Shown here piece after piece: positions 1 to 8,886 of a DNA stretch of 64,000 nucleotides. The first letter of the stretch is position 1, and each line of letters starts with the position of its first letter. A model generated the notes under the pieces. That model was not told the DNA's origin, searched no databases, and saw nothing but the letters and a program-made list of their open reading frames with translations. A program made the position numbers and the translations under genes. The DNA lies in contig OZ271918.1 in assembly GCA_965602015.1 (NCBI GenBank), positions 96,001 through 160,000 of the forward strand. The letters are read 5' to 3'. Source of the DNA: Salinispira sp. GTDB lineage: Bacteria > Spirochaetota > Spirochaetia > DSM-27196 > Salinispiraceae.

Positions 1-272
1 AAATCGATGGAGACAAAACCCCGCTGGAAATCGAGGATATAGGAATGTTCGGATTCCTTTCTTTCCTCGTCGCTGGGGAGGCTGTAGTAATACCCGTCTG
101 CCCCTTCGGAGATTTTTCCGACCTTGAGAAGCTTTAAATCCCGGGAAAGGGTGGCCTGGGTAACGTTGAACCCGTCGCGAACAAGGTGATTGAGCAGGGT
201 TTCCTGGCTGTTTATCCGATGGCCCCGGATTATCCGCTTGATGGCCTTTAGTCGCTGCGTCCGTTCTTTCAC
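1..272 (-). CDS. argR: Arginine repressor ArgR (runs off the window edge)
   Basis: Hand translation from GTG at 272 gives MKERTQRLKAIKRIIRGHRINSQETLLNHLVRDGFNVTQATLSRDLKLLKVGK, with the ArgR winged-helix SQE and TQATLSRD motifs; GAGGGG RBS upstream. Not in the ORF track because it is truncated. Confidence 0.93.
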   Translation of the reverse strand, partial: MKERTQRLKAIKRIIRGHRINSQETLLNHLVRDGFNVTQATLSRDLKLLKVGKISEGADGYYYSLPSDEERKESEHSYILDFQRGFVSID

Positions 273-304
273 GTCATCCCCTCGATAAATAAATATACCA
301 TACT

Positions 305-342
305 TATGCATAAACATAGGGCTTATACAGAAAATATGCAAT
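305..342. promoter_or_regulatory. Putative tandem ARG boxes (ArgR autoregulation)
   Basis: Two imperfect 18-mers, TATGCATAAACATAGGGC (305-322) and ATACAGAAAATATGCAAT (325-342), 2 bp apart, each with one good TGCATA half-site, directly upstream of argR. Confidence 0.5.
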
Positions 343-389
343 ACAATCGTTCAATAAAATGAACATAAAACAGAGAAATTGAAAAACCC

Positions 390-1844
390 GTGTCCGCTGC
401 CGATACTGATATTGACGGAGTAGACATGATTCGCGACGGTCAACTTTCCATTTTTCTCTCGGAAGATGCCATGCGGGCCTGGGCGACGTTTAAACCGCCG
501 GCCACCGGCGGGAGGCCCCTGGAATTAAGCGACATTGAATCGATAATCGACGCCGAGGGCATCACTCACGGCCTCGACTGGGAACGGATCCGTGAAAGCC
601 TCTACCTCTGCAACAATGAGCATAAGACCGTCAGCCAGGTGCTCATTGCCCGTGGCATTGAATCCCGCCCGGAGCTTCCCGAGACCCCGGTGTTTTCCCC
701 GGGCATTCAAAGCCAGAGCCGAATCTTCCGCCAGGTCGACAGCAGGGGCCGATATCACCCCCCGGGCGAGGAGCAATCAGAAGCTCTCCACGAAAAGGAT
801 CTCGAAGAGACCGGCGGCAGGGTAGATCACCGGGAGCGAAACAGCATACATGTAATACACGAAGGTCAGGTCCTCGCCAAGCTGCTGCCGCGCCGGCCGG
901 GAGAGTTCGGAACAAACGTCAAAGGCGAGCAAATCCCCTTCGCAACCATCGAAATAAAACAGCTCAAACCGGGACTCAACGTGGAAAAACGGGAAAACAG
1001 TTTTATCTCCATGGCCGCCGGGCGTCTTGTTTGGGACAAAGAGCAGTTCGGCGTTGATACGAATATAGAAATCAGCGGAGAAGTCGGCTATGCCACCGGA
1101 AATATACGCTTTCCCGGCAATGTTTTACTCAAGGGCGAGATACAGGACGGATTCCGCATCTGGTCAGGCGGCGACATCCGTTCAAAGGCGACAATCGACG
1201 CCTTTGAGATCTTTTGCAAGGGCGATCTCCTGTGCAGCGAGGGAATCCTGGGCCGAAATCACGGGGTAATTCGGGTAAAGGGCAACCTGGAAGCAAAATT
1301 TATCGAAAATTGCCGGGCCGACGTATTCGGCACCATCCGGATAAAAAACGCCATCCTCAATTCCCGGGTTAACAGCAACAGCGAAATACAGTGTACAAAG
1401 GGAAAAATTATCGGCGGGCAGATCCGTTTTGCCAGGGTGCTCAAGGCCGAAATCTTGGGTAACCGGGCGGGAGTCAGGACCGTGGTTATCGGCGGGGTCA
1501 ATTTCGTTGAAGTGCGCAAACTCGAACACTGTCAAAAACATCTTGCGGAGCTCAGCGGACGGCATCAGGAGATATCATCGCGATTCCAACGAGACCGGGA
1601 TTCCAAACATCAAAAAGCCCTGGCTGTCCTGGAAAAAGAAATAAGCAGGATGCAGGATGAAATCGGCGCGTTAATGGAGACTACCCAGCCGGATCCGGAG
1701 GCCGTCCTCGAAGTGCAGGGGACGGTGTTTGCCGGCTGCGTCATCCGCTTCGGAAGGCTGGAGCTGACCGTATCGGAGGATTTGACAAAAAAACGCTTCC
1801 GCCCCGATGCGGACAGCGGAAAAGTCCTGGTGGAAGACCTTTGA
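390..1844 (+). CDS. FapA / DUF342 family protein (flagellar assembly protein A-like)
   Basis: 484 aa with N-terminal Jag_N-like segment, GRVDHRE, GEVGYATGNIRFPGNV motif, beta-helix-like repeats and a C-terminal coiled coil typical of DUF342. Confidence 0.85.
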   Translation: MSAADTDIDGVDMIRDGQLSIFLSEDAMRAWATFKPPATGGRPLELSDIESIIDAEGITHGLDWERIRESLYLCNNEHKTVSQVLIARGIESRPELPETPVFSPGIQSQSRIFRQVDSRGRYHPPGEEQSEALHEKDLEETGGRVDHRERNSIHVIHEGQVLAKLLPRRPGEFGTNVKGEQIPFATIEIKQLKPGLNVEKRENSFISMAAGRLVWDKEQFGVDTNIEISGEVGYATGNIRFPGNVLLKGEIQDGFRIWSGGDIRSKATIDAFEIFCKGDLLCSEGILGRNHGVIRVKGNLEAKFIENCRADVFGTIRIKNAILNSRVNSNSEIQCTKGKIIGGQIRFARVLKAEILGNRAGVRTVVIGGVNFVEVRKLEHCQKHLAELSGRHQEISSRFQRDRDSKHQKALAVLEKEISRMQDEIGALMETTQPDPEAVLEVQGTVFAGCVIRFGRLELTVSEDLTKKRFRPDADSGKVLVEDL

Positions 1845-1927
1845 AGGCCGGAGTTCCTGTCCGCTGTCGCCCCGCCTGTTGATGTCCTGTCTGCTATTGT
1901 CCACAGAATCGCCGGCGTCCCCCGGGC

Positions 1928-2938
1928 TCAAATGGCAAATAAAAACACATTAGCCAGCACGTTGAGCACCACGTAGGAACAGAGAGCCGAACCAACGGGG
2001 GTCAGGAGCCAGCCCAGGGCGATGCTCCCGAGCCGCCGATAGCGGATCCCCCCAGCCCCCCTGGCTATGCCGATACCGATAACCGCGCCAACCGCGGCCT
2101 GGGAACTTGAAACCGGCACCTGGGGCATAAACCGGGAGCTGAACAGCAATAGTACCGTCGATACGGAAATCACCGTCACCAGTGCGTTTTCCGGGGACAG
2201 GTGGACGATGTCGCTGCCGATGGTTTCCATGACCCGCTGGGAATAGGTCAGAATGCCCACGGCGATCGATATACCCCCTATGATAAACAGCACTCTCGCC
2301 GGAGTGAGTAGGATTCCCATGAGCTCCACCTCGGGAAACGGCGCCACGGGGACAAAGACCCCCATGACATTGGCAATATTGTTCATTCCCAGGCTAAAGG
2401 CTCCGTAGGCTCCCGCCAAGGCGAGCAGGGTACGAAGTATCACATCCCAGTGAAACAGATGAATGGCGAGCCTCCGCATGACCGCCCGCATGAGATGGAA
2501 GAGCAGCCAGGAAAACACCGCTGCCAGCAACGGTGAGGACACCCAGCTCAGGGCGATGGAAGACAGCACCGACCAGTCTGTGGAAGCGTTGGAGAAAAAG
2601 TTCCATCCGATCAATGCCCCGACGATGGCCTGGCTGGTGCTCACCGGCAATCCGGCGCGGGTGAAAAGAAAGAGGGTTACCGCGGCGCTCAGGGCGACGG
2701 CGAAGGAGCCCCCGAGACTTCCCACGGTCCCCAGCCTTCCCAGGGTCTCGCTGCCGCCGAATCCGCCGGCCGCGGCACCGAGTACCACAAATACCGCCCC
2801 GATGACTGCCGCCCGCCTGAAGCTGAGCATCCGGCTGCCCACGGCGCTGCCCATAATATTCGCCGCGTCATTGGCCCCGAGATTCCACCCGAGAAAGAGT
2901 CCGGAACTGAGAAGCAGCAATCCGCTTAAGGGGTCCAC
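1928..2938 (-). CDS. Inorganic phosphate transporter, PiT family
   Basis: GANDAAN, PVSTSQAIVG, GMNNIAN and PVSSSQA signatures; multi-TM. Confidence 0.92.
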   Translation of the reverse strand: MDPLSGLLLLSSGLFLGWNLGANDAANIMGSAVGSRMLSFRRAAVIGAVFVVLGAAAGGFGGSETLGRLGTVGSLGGSFAVALSAAVTLFLFTRAGLPVSTSQAIVGALIGWNFFSNASTDWSVLSSIALSWVSSPLLAAVFSWLLFHLMRAVMRRLAIHLFHWDVILRTLLALAGAYGAFSLGMNNIANVMGVFVPVAPFPEVELMGILLTPARVLFIIGGISIAVGILTYSQRVMETIGSDIVHLSPENALVTVISVSTVLLLFSSRFMPQVPVSSSQAAVGAVIGIGIARGAGGIRYRRLGSIALGWLLTPVGSALCSYVVLNVLANVFLFAI

Positions 2939-2941
2939 GGA

Positions 2942-3595
2942 TTAAAACTCCCGCTTGATTGCCGCCACGGATATCCGGTCGGACACATCCTCGGCGGTAT
3001 CGGCAATGCTGGAGATTCCCTCAATCAGCAGGCTGAGCTGCATCTTTGCCGAGAGGCGTTTCTCCTCCTGGTCGGCAAAGACCGCCCTCTTCAAGCTGTC
3101 TTCCAGCTCGTCGGCTTCGTGCTCGTGGAAGTGCACCTTGCTTAATAGGTCCTGTACCGAGCCGGGGGTTTTTAGGTATGCCTTTGCAGCCTGAACGGTA
3201 AAATCGACGGCGCCGGACACCGAGTCGCTCAGGTCGCGCATGCCTTGTCGGAGGAACTCCGGAATTTGCGGTTCTTCGATTTCCAGTTTTACCGCCACCT
3301 TCTTTGTGGTATCGATAATCCGGTCGGCGTTTTCCAGGATGCTCAGCACATCTCCCCGGTTCTCCGGAATGAGCATCCGGGAATACAGACGGAAGCGGAT
3401 TTCCCGGCGCAGCTGGTCGCAGTCCGCTTCGAGGCTTCGAAGCTCCTGAATGTGGCGGCTCATTCCTGCGCTGTCACTTCTGAGGTAGTCAACCATGAGC
3501 GCTTTGAAAATAAGAGCAGAGCGCCCGATGGCGTCAAGGAAGCTGTCGAAATCAGAAATAAGTTTGTGGGTCTTGTTTAAAATTACCGGCATCAT
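2942..3595 (-). CDS. DUF47 / PhoU-like phosphate transport regulator (TIGR00153-like)
   Basis: Repeated helical-bundle motifs LEADCD and HEHEADE; directly upstream of the PiT gene; start moved to ATG 3595 after GAGG. Confidence 0.88.
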   Translation of the reverse strand: MMPVILNKTHKLISDFDSFLDAIGRSALIFKALMVDYLRSDSAGMSRHIQELRSLEADCDQLRREIRFRLYSRMLIPENRGDVLSILENADRIIDTTKKVAVKLEIEEPQIPEFLRQGMRDLSDSVSGAVDFTVQAAKAYLKTPGSVQDLLSKVHFHEHEADELEDSLKRAVFADQEEKRLSAKMQLSLLIEGISSIADTAEDVSDRISVAAIKREF

Positions 3596-3670
3596 TGACC
3601 TCGCTGCCAATAATTATACCCGGATTTTACCCATCTGTTGGGGTTTCTTTGGGGAGCGGGGATGGTCGGC

Positions 3671-4546
3671 TCAAAGGCGTTGTATTTCGCCGTCCTGAGC
3701 CATCGATTCAATGTACTGTGTAACATGCCCGTACTGGGTCTCGGGAAAGGGAAAGCCCAGGCGGGCGGCAAGCTCGACGAGCAGTTCCCGGCAGTACTTC
3801 ATGGTCGCGTCAAACCAACTCCAATACGAGTCAAAGCTCCGACCGTCTATCACCATTAGGAGCTCGCGGTACTCGTCGGAGGACAGGTGGGCTCTGAACC
3901 ATCTGCCCTGCTTGTTGGCGCCGACCTTCCAGTCAGATCGGGCTCCGATCTTCCATTCGGTAAAATTTCGGATGAAGCGCAGGTGCAGGTCCGCCATCAT
4001 GGAAAGTGCGTAAAACTCCTCCCCCCGCAGGAGGGCCTTCGGCACATACAGGCTGTCCCAAAGAAAGGCATTTACCCGGTCTGTGAAGAGCGCTTCGTTT
4101 GGTTTTGAGATGAGCAGGTTCTTTTCTTCCGGCGCCTTTATCTCGGCGGCAGCCCCGTCCTTGTCTATGAGTACAATATAGCCAGCATCGAAGGTCTCGT
4201 GGTATCTCGGCGGTCCCTGATAAATCTGGAAATCGATTCGCAGCCCGTCGGCAAACTGCACAAGGCGGGTAAGCCGGTTTCCATCGGCGGCGGCAATCAG
4301 GGGCCATTTTACCAGCACATCGCCGCGGTTTTCGAACCAGCTATCCGGGTCTTTTATGTCATCGGGCTTTGGGAGGAAATACTCGAGGCTTGTCACGTAC
4401 AGCTCAATATCGTAGTCCGATAGCCGGTCTACCGACGAGTCATTCCTGGCCCGGGAAGAGGTGAGAATGACGCTGCGGATATTGTCATCGCCACGGAAAT
4501 CATTCAAAAAATCCTCTACGGTTTTGTGCTGAATCGGGCCGGTCAC
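3671..4546 (-). CDS. Aminoglycoside 6-adenylyltransferase (AadK/ANT(6)) family nucleotidyltransferase
   Basis: IRSVILTSSRA...DRLSDYDIE N-terminal NTase motif, RLVQFADGLRIDF, LIDKDG, YVPKALLRGE; about 290 aa. Confidence 0.8.
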   Translation of the reverse strand: MTGPIQHKTVEDFLNDFRGDDNIRSVILTSSRARNDSSVDRLSDYDIELYVTSLEYFLPKPDDIKDPDSWFENRGDVLVKWPLIAAADGNRLTRLVQFADGLRIDFQIYQGPPRYHETFDAGYIVLIDKDGAAAEIKAPEEKNLLISKPNEALFTDRVNAFLWDSLYVPKALLRGEEFYALSMMADLHLRFIRNFTEWKIGARSDWKVGANKQGRWFRAHLSSDEYRELLMVIDGRSFDSYWSWFDATMKYCRELLVELAARLGFPFPETQYGHVTQYIESMAQDGEIQRL

Positions 4547-5355
4547 GTTTTACGTCCCAGAAACACGATGTGTTCCGAAGCGAAAATCCCCGCAGGGCCG
4601 GGGGCCAGGCTGATGGCCATATCAATCCAGTGACGACGGTCCTCCTCGTCCAAAGAGACCAGGCTCGGTTCGCTCTGCGCCAAGCCCCCCTCGGCGCCGA
4701 AAAGGGTGATCTTCTGCAAAGGGAGGTCGGAAAAACAGCCTTCTATTTCCGAAGGATCGGCAAACCAGGCGTCCACAAAACCGGGATTCCCTTCTTCCTG
4801 GATGTGGATGCCGCAATCCAAATATTCGCGCATCTTTTTTCCGGCTTTGGCAATGTTCTGAGGATAACGCTTGGCCAGGTCAAAAACCGGGGCATAGCGG
4901 GAGATAAACGCTGCTGCCAGCAGTCCTCCGGGTTTTAATACCCGGGTTGATTCCCTAAGGACACAGCGGCGGTCTGCTTCATCCAATATATGATAAAGGG
5001 GGCCAAGGCAAAGTACTGCGTCGAAGGCCTCGTCTTTCCAGGCCGAAAGATCCCGGGCATCACCGGCTCGTGCCGACTCAAAAGAAACATTGGCCGATCT
5101 CGCTTTCGCCTCGGCAAGCTCAATCTGTACAGGAGACAGGTCCAGCAGGTTAACCTTAAATCCCCGGGCAGACAGATCAAGGGAGTATCGGCCCGGTCCG
5201 GAGCCCGAGTCCAGAATTCGGACTGTTGACGGGTGCCGGACAGGTAATTCCCTCAAGATGAAGTGCATGGTGACGGGGAACTCCAGCATATGCCGATCGT
5301 GGCGGTCCCACTCGTGCAGGGCTCCCTCGTTATAATAGTTCCTGACTTTCTCCAT
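4543..5355 (-). CDS. Class I SAM-dependent methyltransferase
   Basis: ILDSGSGPGRYS motif I, GDARDL, FDAVLCLGPLYHI, VLKPGG. Real start is MEKVRNYY at 5355, sharing TAATG with the upstream stop. Confidence 0.88.
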   Translation of the reverse strand: MEKVRNYYNEGALHEWDRHDRHMLEFPVTMHFILRELPVRHPSTVRILDSGSGPGRYSLDLSARGFKVNLLDLSPVQIELAEAKARSANVSFESARAGDARDLSAWKDEAFDAVLCLGPLYHILDEADRRCVLRESTRVLKPGGLLAAAFISRYAPVFDLAKRYPQNIAKAGKKMREYLDCGIHIQEEGNPGFVDAWFADPSEIEGCFSDLPLQKITLFGAEGGLAQSEPSLVSLDEEDRRHWIDMAISLAPGPAGIFASEHIVFLGRKT

Positions 5356-6524
5356 TACTCTGTTCCATTCAGTTTTGGCTCTTTTGATTCCTCTATATCT
5401 TTTTTGCCTTCTTGTTCCGCCTCTTCCGCCTCTTCCACATCGTCGCTCTTGCGTATTGCCCCGGCGAGTACCACTTCCGGAAGGTATTCGGCGAAGGTCT
5501 TGCCGTAGAGGTCCCAGATGCTCACCAACAGCGCTGCGATAATCGGGCCGATAACCACTCCCCAAATCCCGAACAGTCCGATGCCCCCCAAGGTGCTCAG
5601 GAGAATTAACAGTTCGTGCATCTTGGTATCCTTGCCCACCAGGATTGGCCGGAGAATGTTGTCCACCGTTCCGACGATGAGTGCGCAGTATAAACCGAGG
5701 GCAATCGCCGCCCCCACATTCCCGGAGACCCCGAGGATAATCACCGCTGGAATCCACACCAGCGACGAACCGATCACCGGTATAATCGACAGAACGGTCA
5801 TTACCAGACCCCAAAACACCACGGCATTAATCCCCGCGACCCAGAACCCGATGGCCGCCAGGCTTCCCTGGATCAGTCCGATAAGCAATGTTCCCTTGAG
5901 AGTAGCACGGCTCACCGAAGTAAAATGATCCAGCAGCTTTCGCTCCGGTTCGTCTTCCAGGGGCAGGTAGTATAGAATCATGTTTATCAGTTTCTCGCCG
6001 TCCTTTATAAAGAAAAACACGGCGTACAGAAAAATAAACAGAAGGAAAACCGCCTGGACCGTAGACGAGGTGAGTTGGGATACGCTGTTGACCAGGAGCG
6101 AACTGAGGCTGCTCACCAGGTTGCCGATTCCCGTAATGATGTCATCCTGATACCCCGCGAGGTACTCGTAGAACGGAAGGGCCTCCAGACCTTCGAGCAA
6201 TGCCGCAGGTTGGGAGATGGTGCTCTGAATCCAGGGCCCAACGGCTTGACCCACCTGAACGGCCTGGGCGACCACAATGCTCAGGATTATTGCCAGGGGG
6301 ATAATGCCGATGAGCAGGATAATGACCAGGGTCAACGCGCTGGCCAGGGCTTTTCGCTCGCCGGTCCAGCCGAGAATCCGCCGGTACAGGGGCTGGCAGA
6401 GGGCGGAGAACACTCCGGCTAACAGGAGGGTCATCAGGTATCCCCGAACCATTACGGTGAAGACCGCTGATACCAGGAATACCAGGATGAGTACGGTAAA
6501 CTTATTTACGGTGTTTTGCTCCAT
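5355..6524 (-). CDS. AI-2E family (UPF0118/PerM) transporter
   Basis: Multi-TM; FFFIKDG, IPVIGS, DNILRPILVG and GVVIGP motifs. Confidence 0.9.
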   Translation of the reverse strand: MEQNTVNKFTVLILVFLVSAVFTVMVRGYLMTLLLAGVFSALCQPLYRRILGWTGERKALASALTLVIILLIGIIPLAIILSIVVAQAVQVGQAVGPWIQSTISQPAALLEGLEALPFYEYLAGYQDDIITGIGNLVSSLSSLLVNSVSQLTSSTVQAVFLLFIFLYAVFFFIKDGEKLINMILYYLPLEDEPERKLLDHFTSVSRATLKGTLLIGLIQGSLAAIGFWVAGINAVVFWGLVMTVLSIIPVIGSSLVWIPAVIILGVSGNVGAAIALGLYCALIVGTVDNILRPILVGKDTKMHELLILLSTLGGIGLFGIWGVVIGPIIAALLVSIWDLYGKTFAEYLPEVVLAGAIRKSDDVEEAEEAEQEGKKDIEESKEPKLNGTE

Positions 6525-6544
6525 GTATTAAATCCTCCCGGGTC

Positions 6545-6880
6545 TTAGGCTTCCGCCGCGGCGGCGCGAATTTTTGCGTCGATTGCGGAGACCCAGTTTT
6601 TGCGGCCGTGACGGTAGGTTATCGATGAGGCGAAAACCCCAAGCACCGGCGGCAAGCGATCGCCGAGTGCCGAGACCGATTCCGTAAAAGCCGGTGTCAC
6701 ATTCATGCCGTTAATTGGGGTGCCGAGAATAATCCCCCGGTACTCTTCCGGATTGGTCAAATCTCCCAGGTCTTTTATCTCGCATGCTACATTGTGCGTG
6801 CTAAGATATTCCGCGATATGCCCGGCGATGTCCTTGGTGGTTCCGGTCCGGGTATTGTAGGCTACACAGTAATCGGCCAT
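6545..6880 (-). CDS. Short flavodoxin-domain protein (HemG/Flavodoxin_5-like), possibly C-terminally truncated
   Basis: YNTRTGTTKDIA FMN phosphate loop, IILGTPING; ATG 6880 preceded by GAGGA; only 111 aa. Confidence 0.65.
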   Translation of the reverse strand: MADYCVAYNTRTGTTKDIAGHIAEYLSTHNVACEIKDLGDLTNPEEYRGIILGTPINGMNVTPAFTESVSALGDRLPPVLGVFASSITYRHGRKNWVSAIDAKIRAAAAEA

Positions 6881-6952
6881 GATTCCATCCTCTATTCTGG
6901 TATGCCCCAATAATCAGAAAAAAGCGGAAAAAACACAAGGCGGAGCAGCGGC

Positions 6953-8863
6953 GTGAGACACATCTACCTATCATCCATACATAAAAGCTTCGGCGGCGAG
7001 GCTGTAATCCGCGATGTCACGTTCGAGATAAATGATAACCGGCGATACGGGCTCATCGGAGCAAACGGCAGCGGCAAAACCACGATTTTGCGGATTCTGA
7101 CTGGGCACCTCCAAGCCGACAGGGGCAACGTATTTATTGAACCTGGTTTATCCATAGGTTTTGTGCCCCAGTTTCCCGAATTTGCCCTGGGCAGCAGCGT
7201 CAGACACGCGCTCACGGCCGTGGTTGAGCCCCTGGAATCGGCCCTCAGAAGGGCGGAAGAATTGCTGAGCGTGGCCGGTCCTGAATCCATAGATGGGGCG
7301 ATGAAGCGCTATCAACGAGCCAGGGACGCCTGGGATGAGGCCGACGGGGACAGCATAATGGAGCGTTCCGAGACCCTGCTGAGCCAATCCATCCTGGCTT
7401 CCCGGATGGACAGTCCGGTGGATGGGTTGAGCGGAGGGGAAAAAAATATTCTCGGGCTGCTTCGCGCCCTGTTGATCCGTCCCGATATGCTCATCCTCGA
7501 TGAACCGGGAAACCATCTGGACTATCGGGGGCTTGCCTGGCTGGAAGAACTGCTGACGGGCTTTCCCGGCGCGGTATTGGCCGTCAGTCATAACCGCTAC
7601 CTCCTCGATCGGGTCGCAACCGATATCCTTGAGCTTTCCCAGGGCACGGTGACTCATTACCGGGGGAACTATTCGGCCTATCGCATCGAACAGCTGAAGA
7701 GCGCTTCAGCCCGGCAAGCGGCCTACGCGGCCAACCAGCAGACTCTCCGGAGGATCGAAGAGATGGTGCGAAGGTTCGCGGTCATTGCCGCCTCCCGCCC
7801 CGACCCCGCCTGGGGCAAACGCCTCCGGGCCGCCAAATCTCGCCTTGCCCAGGAGGAGGACCGGGCGGTTGAACGGCCGGACATCAGCCGGTCGCAGATC
7901 CGTCCGGATTTCCGCATGGATTCGAGAAAGGGCGATGTGGCGGTGCGAATCTGCGGCTTTACTCTTGTCCGCGGAGAAAAAAAACTCCTCGAACATGCCG
8001 ACCTTGAGATCACCCGGGGCATGAGAACGGCTCTCATGGGTCCCAACGGCTCGGGAAAGACCAGTCTTCTGGAAGAACTGACCGCCAAAGCCAGTTGGGA
8101 CGACGATCAGCTAAAAATCGTGGACAGTCTGAAAGTGGGCTACATTATGCAGCACCCTGAAACCGCTGCAACCGAAGGGAGCCTGGAGGACGAAGTGCGC
8201 GGCTGGGGAGCGCTCAGCCGTGACCAGGCGTTCGCCCTCATCAAGCCAATGAATTTCGAACATCGGGATATGGAAAAATCTCTTGCCAATTTATCCGGCG
8301 GCGAGCTCAACCGTCTGCAGATCGCCAGAATTATGTATGAAAAACCCGATATCCTGATAATGGACGAGCCGACAAATCACCTGGATATCCCGTCGCGGGA
8401 GGCCCTTGAACAAGCCCTTGATGATTACCGGGGAACCCTGATAGTGGTCAGCCACGACCGCTACTTCCTCGATCGGGTGGCGGATCACATTGCGGAGATC
8501 CGCGACAAACAGCTCGTTTTATACAATGGAAGTTTCAGCGAGTACCATCATCACATTCTGCGGGGATCCGCCGCTTCACCAGGTTCTGGCGGGAAGGCCT
8601 TTCCCTCACCAGGCCGGGGGAGTTCCCCCGCAGCAGGAAAAGACAACGGGCAGCCGCATTCCACTGTTCCGGACGCCGCAGCGCTGGAGCGAAGAATCCA
8701 GTCTACTGAAAGCACTATGGTTAAACTAGAGTCTGACATTCGGAAAGCCCTGGAGAAGGGAGACCATCAGAGGGGCCGGCAGTTGTCGGCTAAGCTCGAA
8801 AAAGAAAAAAAACTTCTGGATGACCTCTATGTCCGTTGGGAGAAAAGCCTCTCGGACCGTTGA
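6953..8863 (+). CDS. ABC-F family ribosome-associated ATPase
   Basis: Two NBDs (GANGSGKT/LSGGE/LDEPGNHLD and GPNGSGKT/LSGGE/MDEPTNHLD), inter-domain linker, C-terminal coiled coil, no TM segments. Confidence 0.92.
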   Translation: MRHIYLSSIHKSFGGEAVIRDVTFEINDNRRYGLIGANGSGKTTILRILTGHLQADRGNVFIEPGLSIGFVPQFPEFALGSSVRHALTAVVEPLESALRRAEELLSVAGPESIDGAMKRYQRARDAWDEADGDSIMERSETLLSQSILASRMDSPVDGLSGGEKNILGLLRALLIRPDMLILDEPGNHLDYRGLAWLEELLTGFPGAVLAVSHNRYLLDRVATDILELSQGTVTHYRGNYSAYRIEQLKSASARQAAYAANQQTLRRIEEMVRRFAVIAASRPDPAWGKRLRAAKSRLAQEEDRAVERPDISRSQIRPDFRMDSRKGDVAVRICGFTLVRGEKKLLEHADLEITRGMRTALMGPNGSGKTSLLEELTAKASWDDDQLKIVDSLKVGYIMQHPETAATEGSLEDEVRGWGALSRDQAFALIKPMNFEHRDMEKSLANLSGGELNRLQIARIMYEKPDILIMDEPTNHLDIPSREALEQALDDYRGTLIVVSHDRYFLDRVADHIAEIRDKQLVLYNGSFSEYHHHILRGSAASPGSGGKAFPSPGRGSSPAAGKDNGQPHSTVPDAAALERRIQSTESTMVKLESDIRKALEKGDHQRGRQLSAKLEKEKKLLDDLYVRWEKSLSDR

Positions 8864-8886
8864 AGGAAATGCGGGGGGGCATTGTA

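Noticed and set aside
5356..5814. N-terminal extension of the methyltransferase ORF
   Set aside because: It overlaps the AI-2E gene in another frame; the coupled ATG at 5355 gives a normal-length enzyme.
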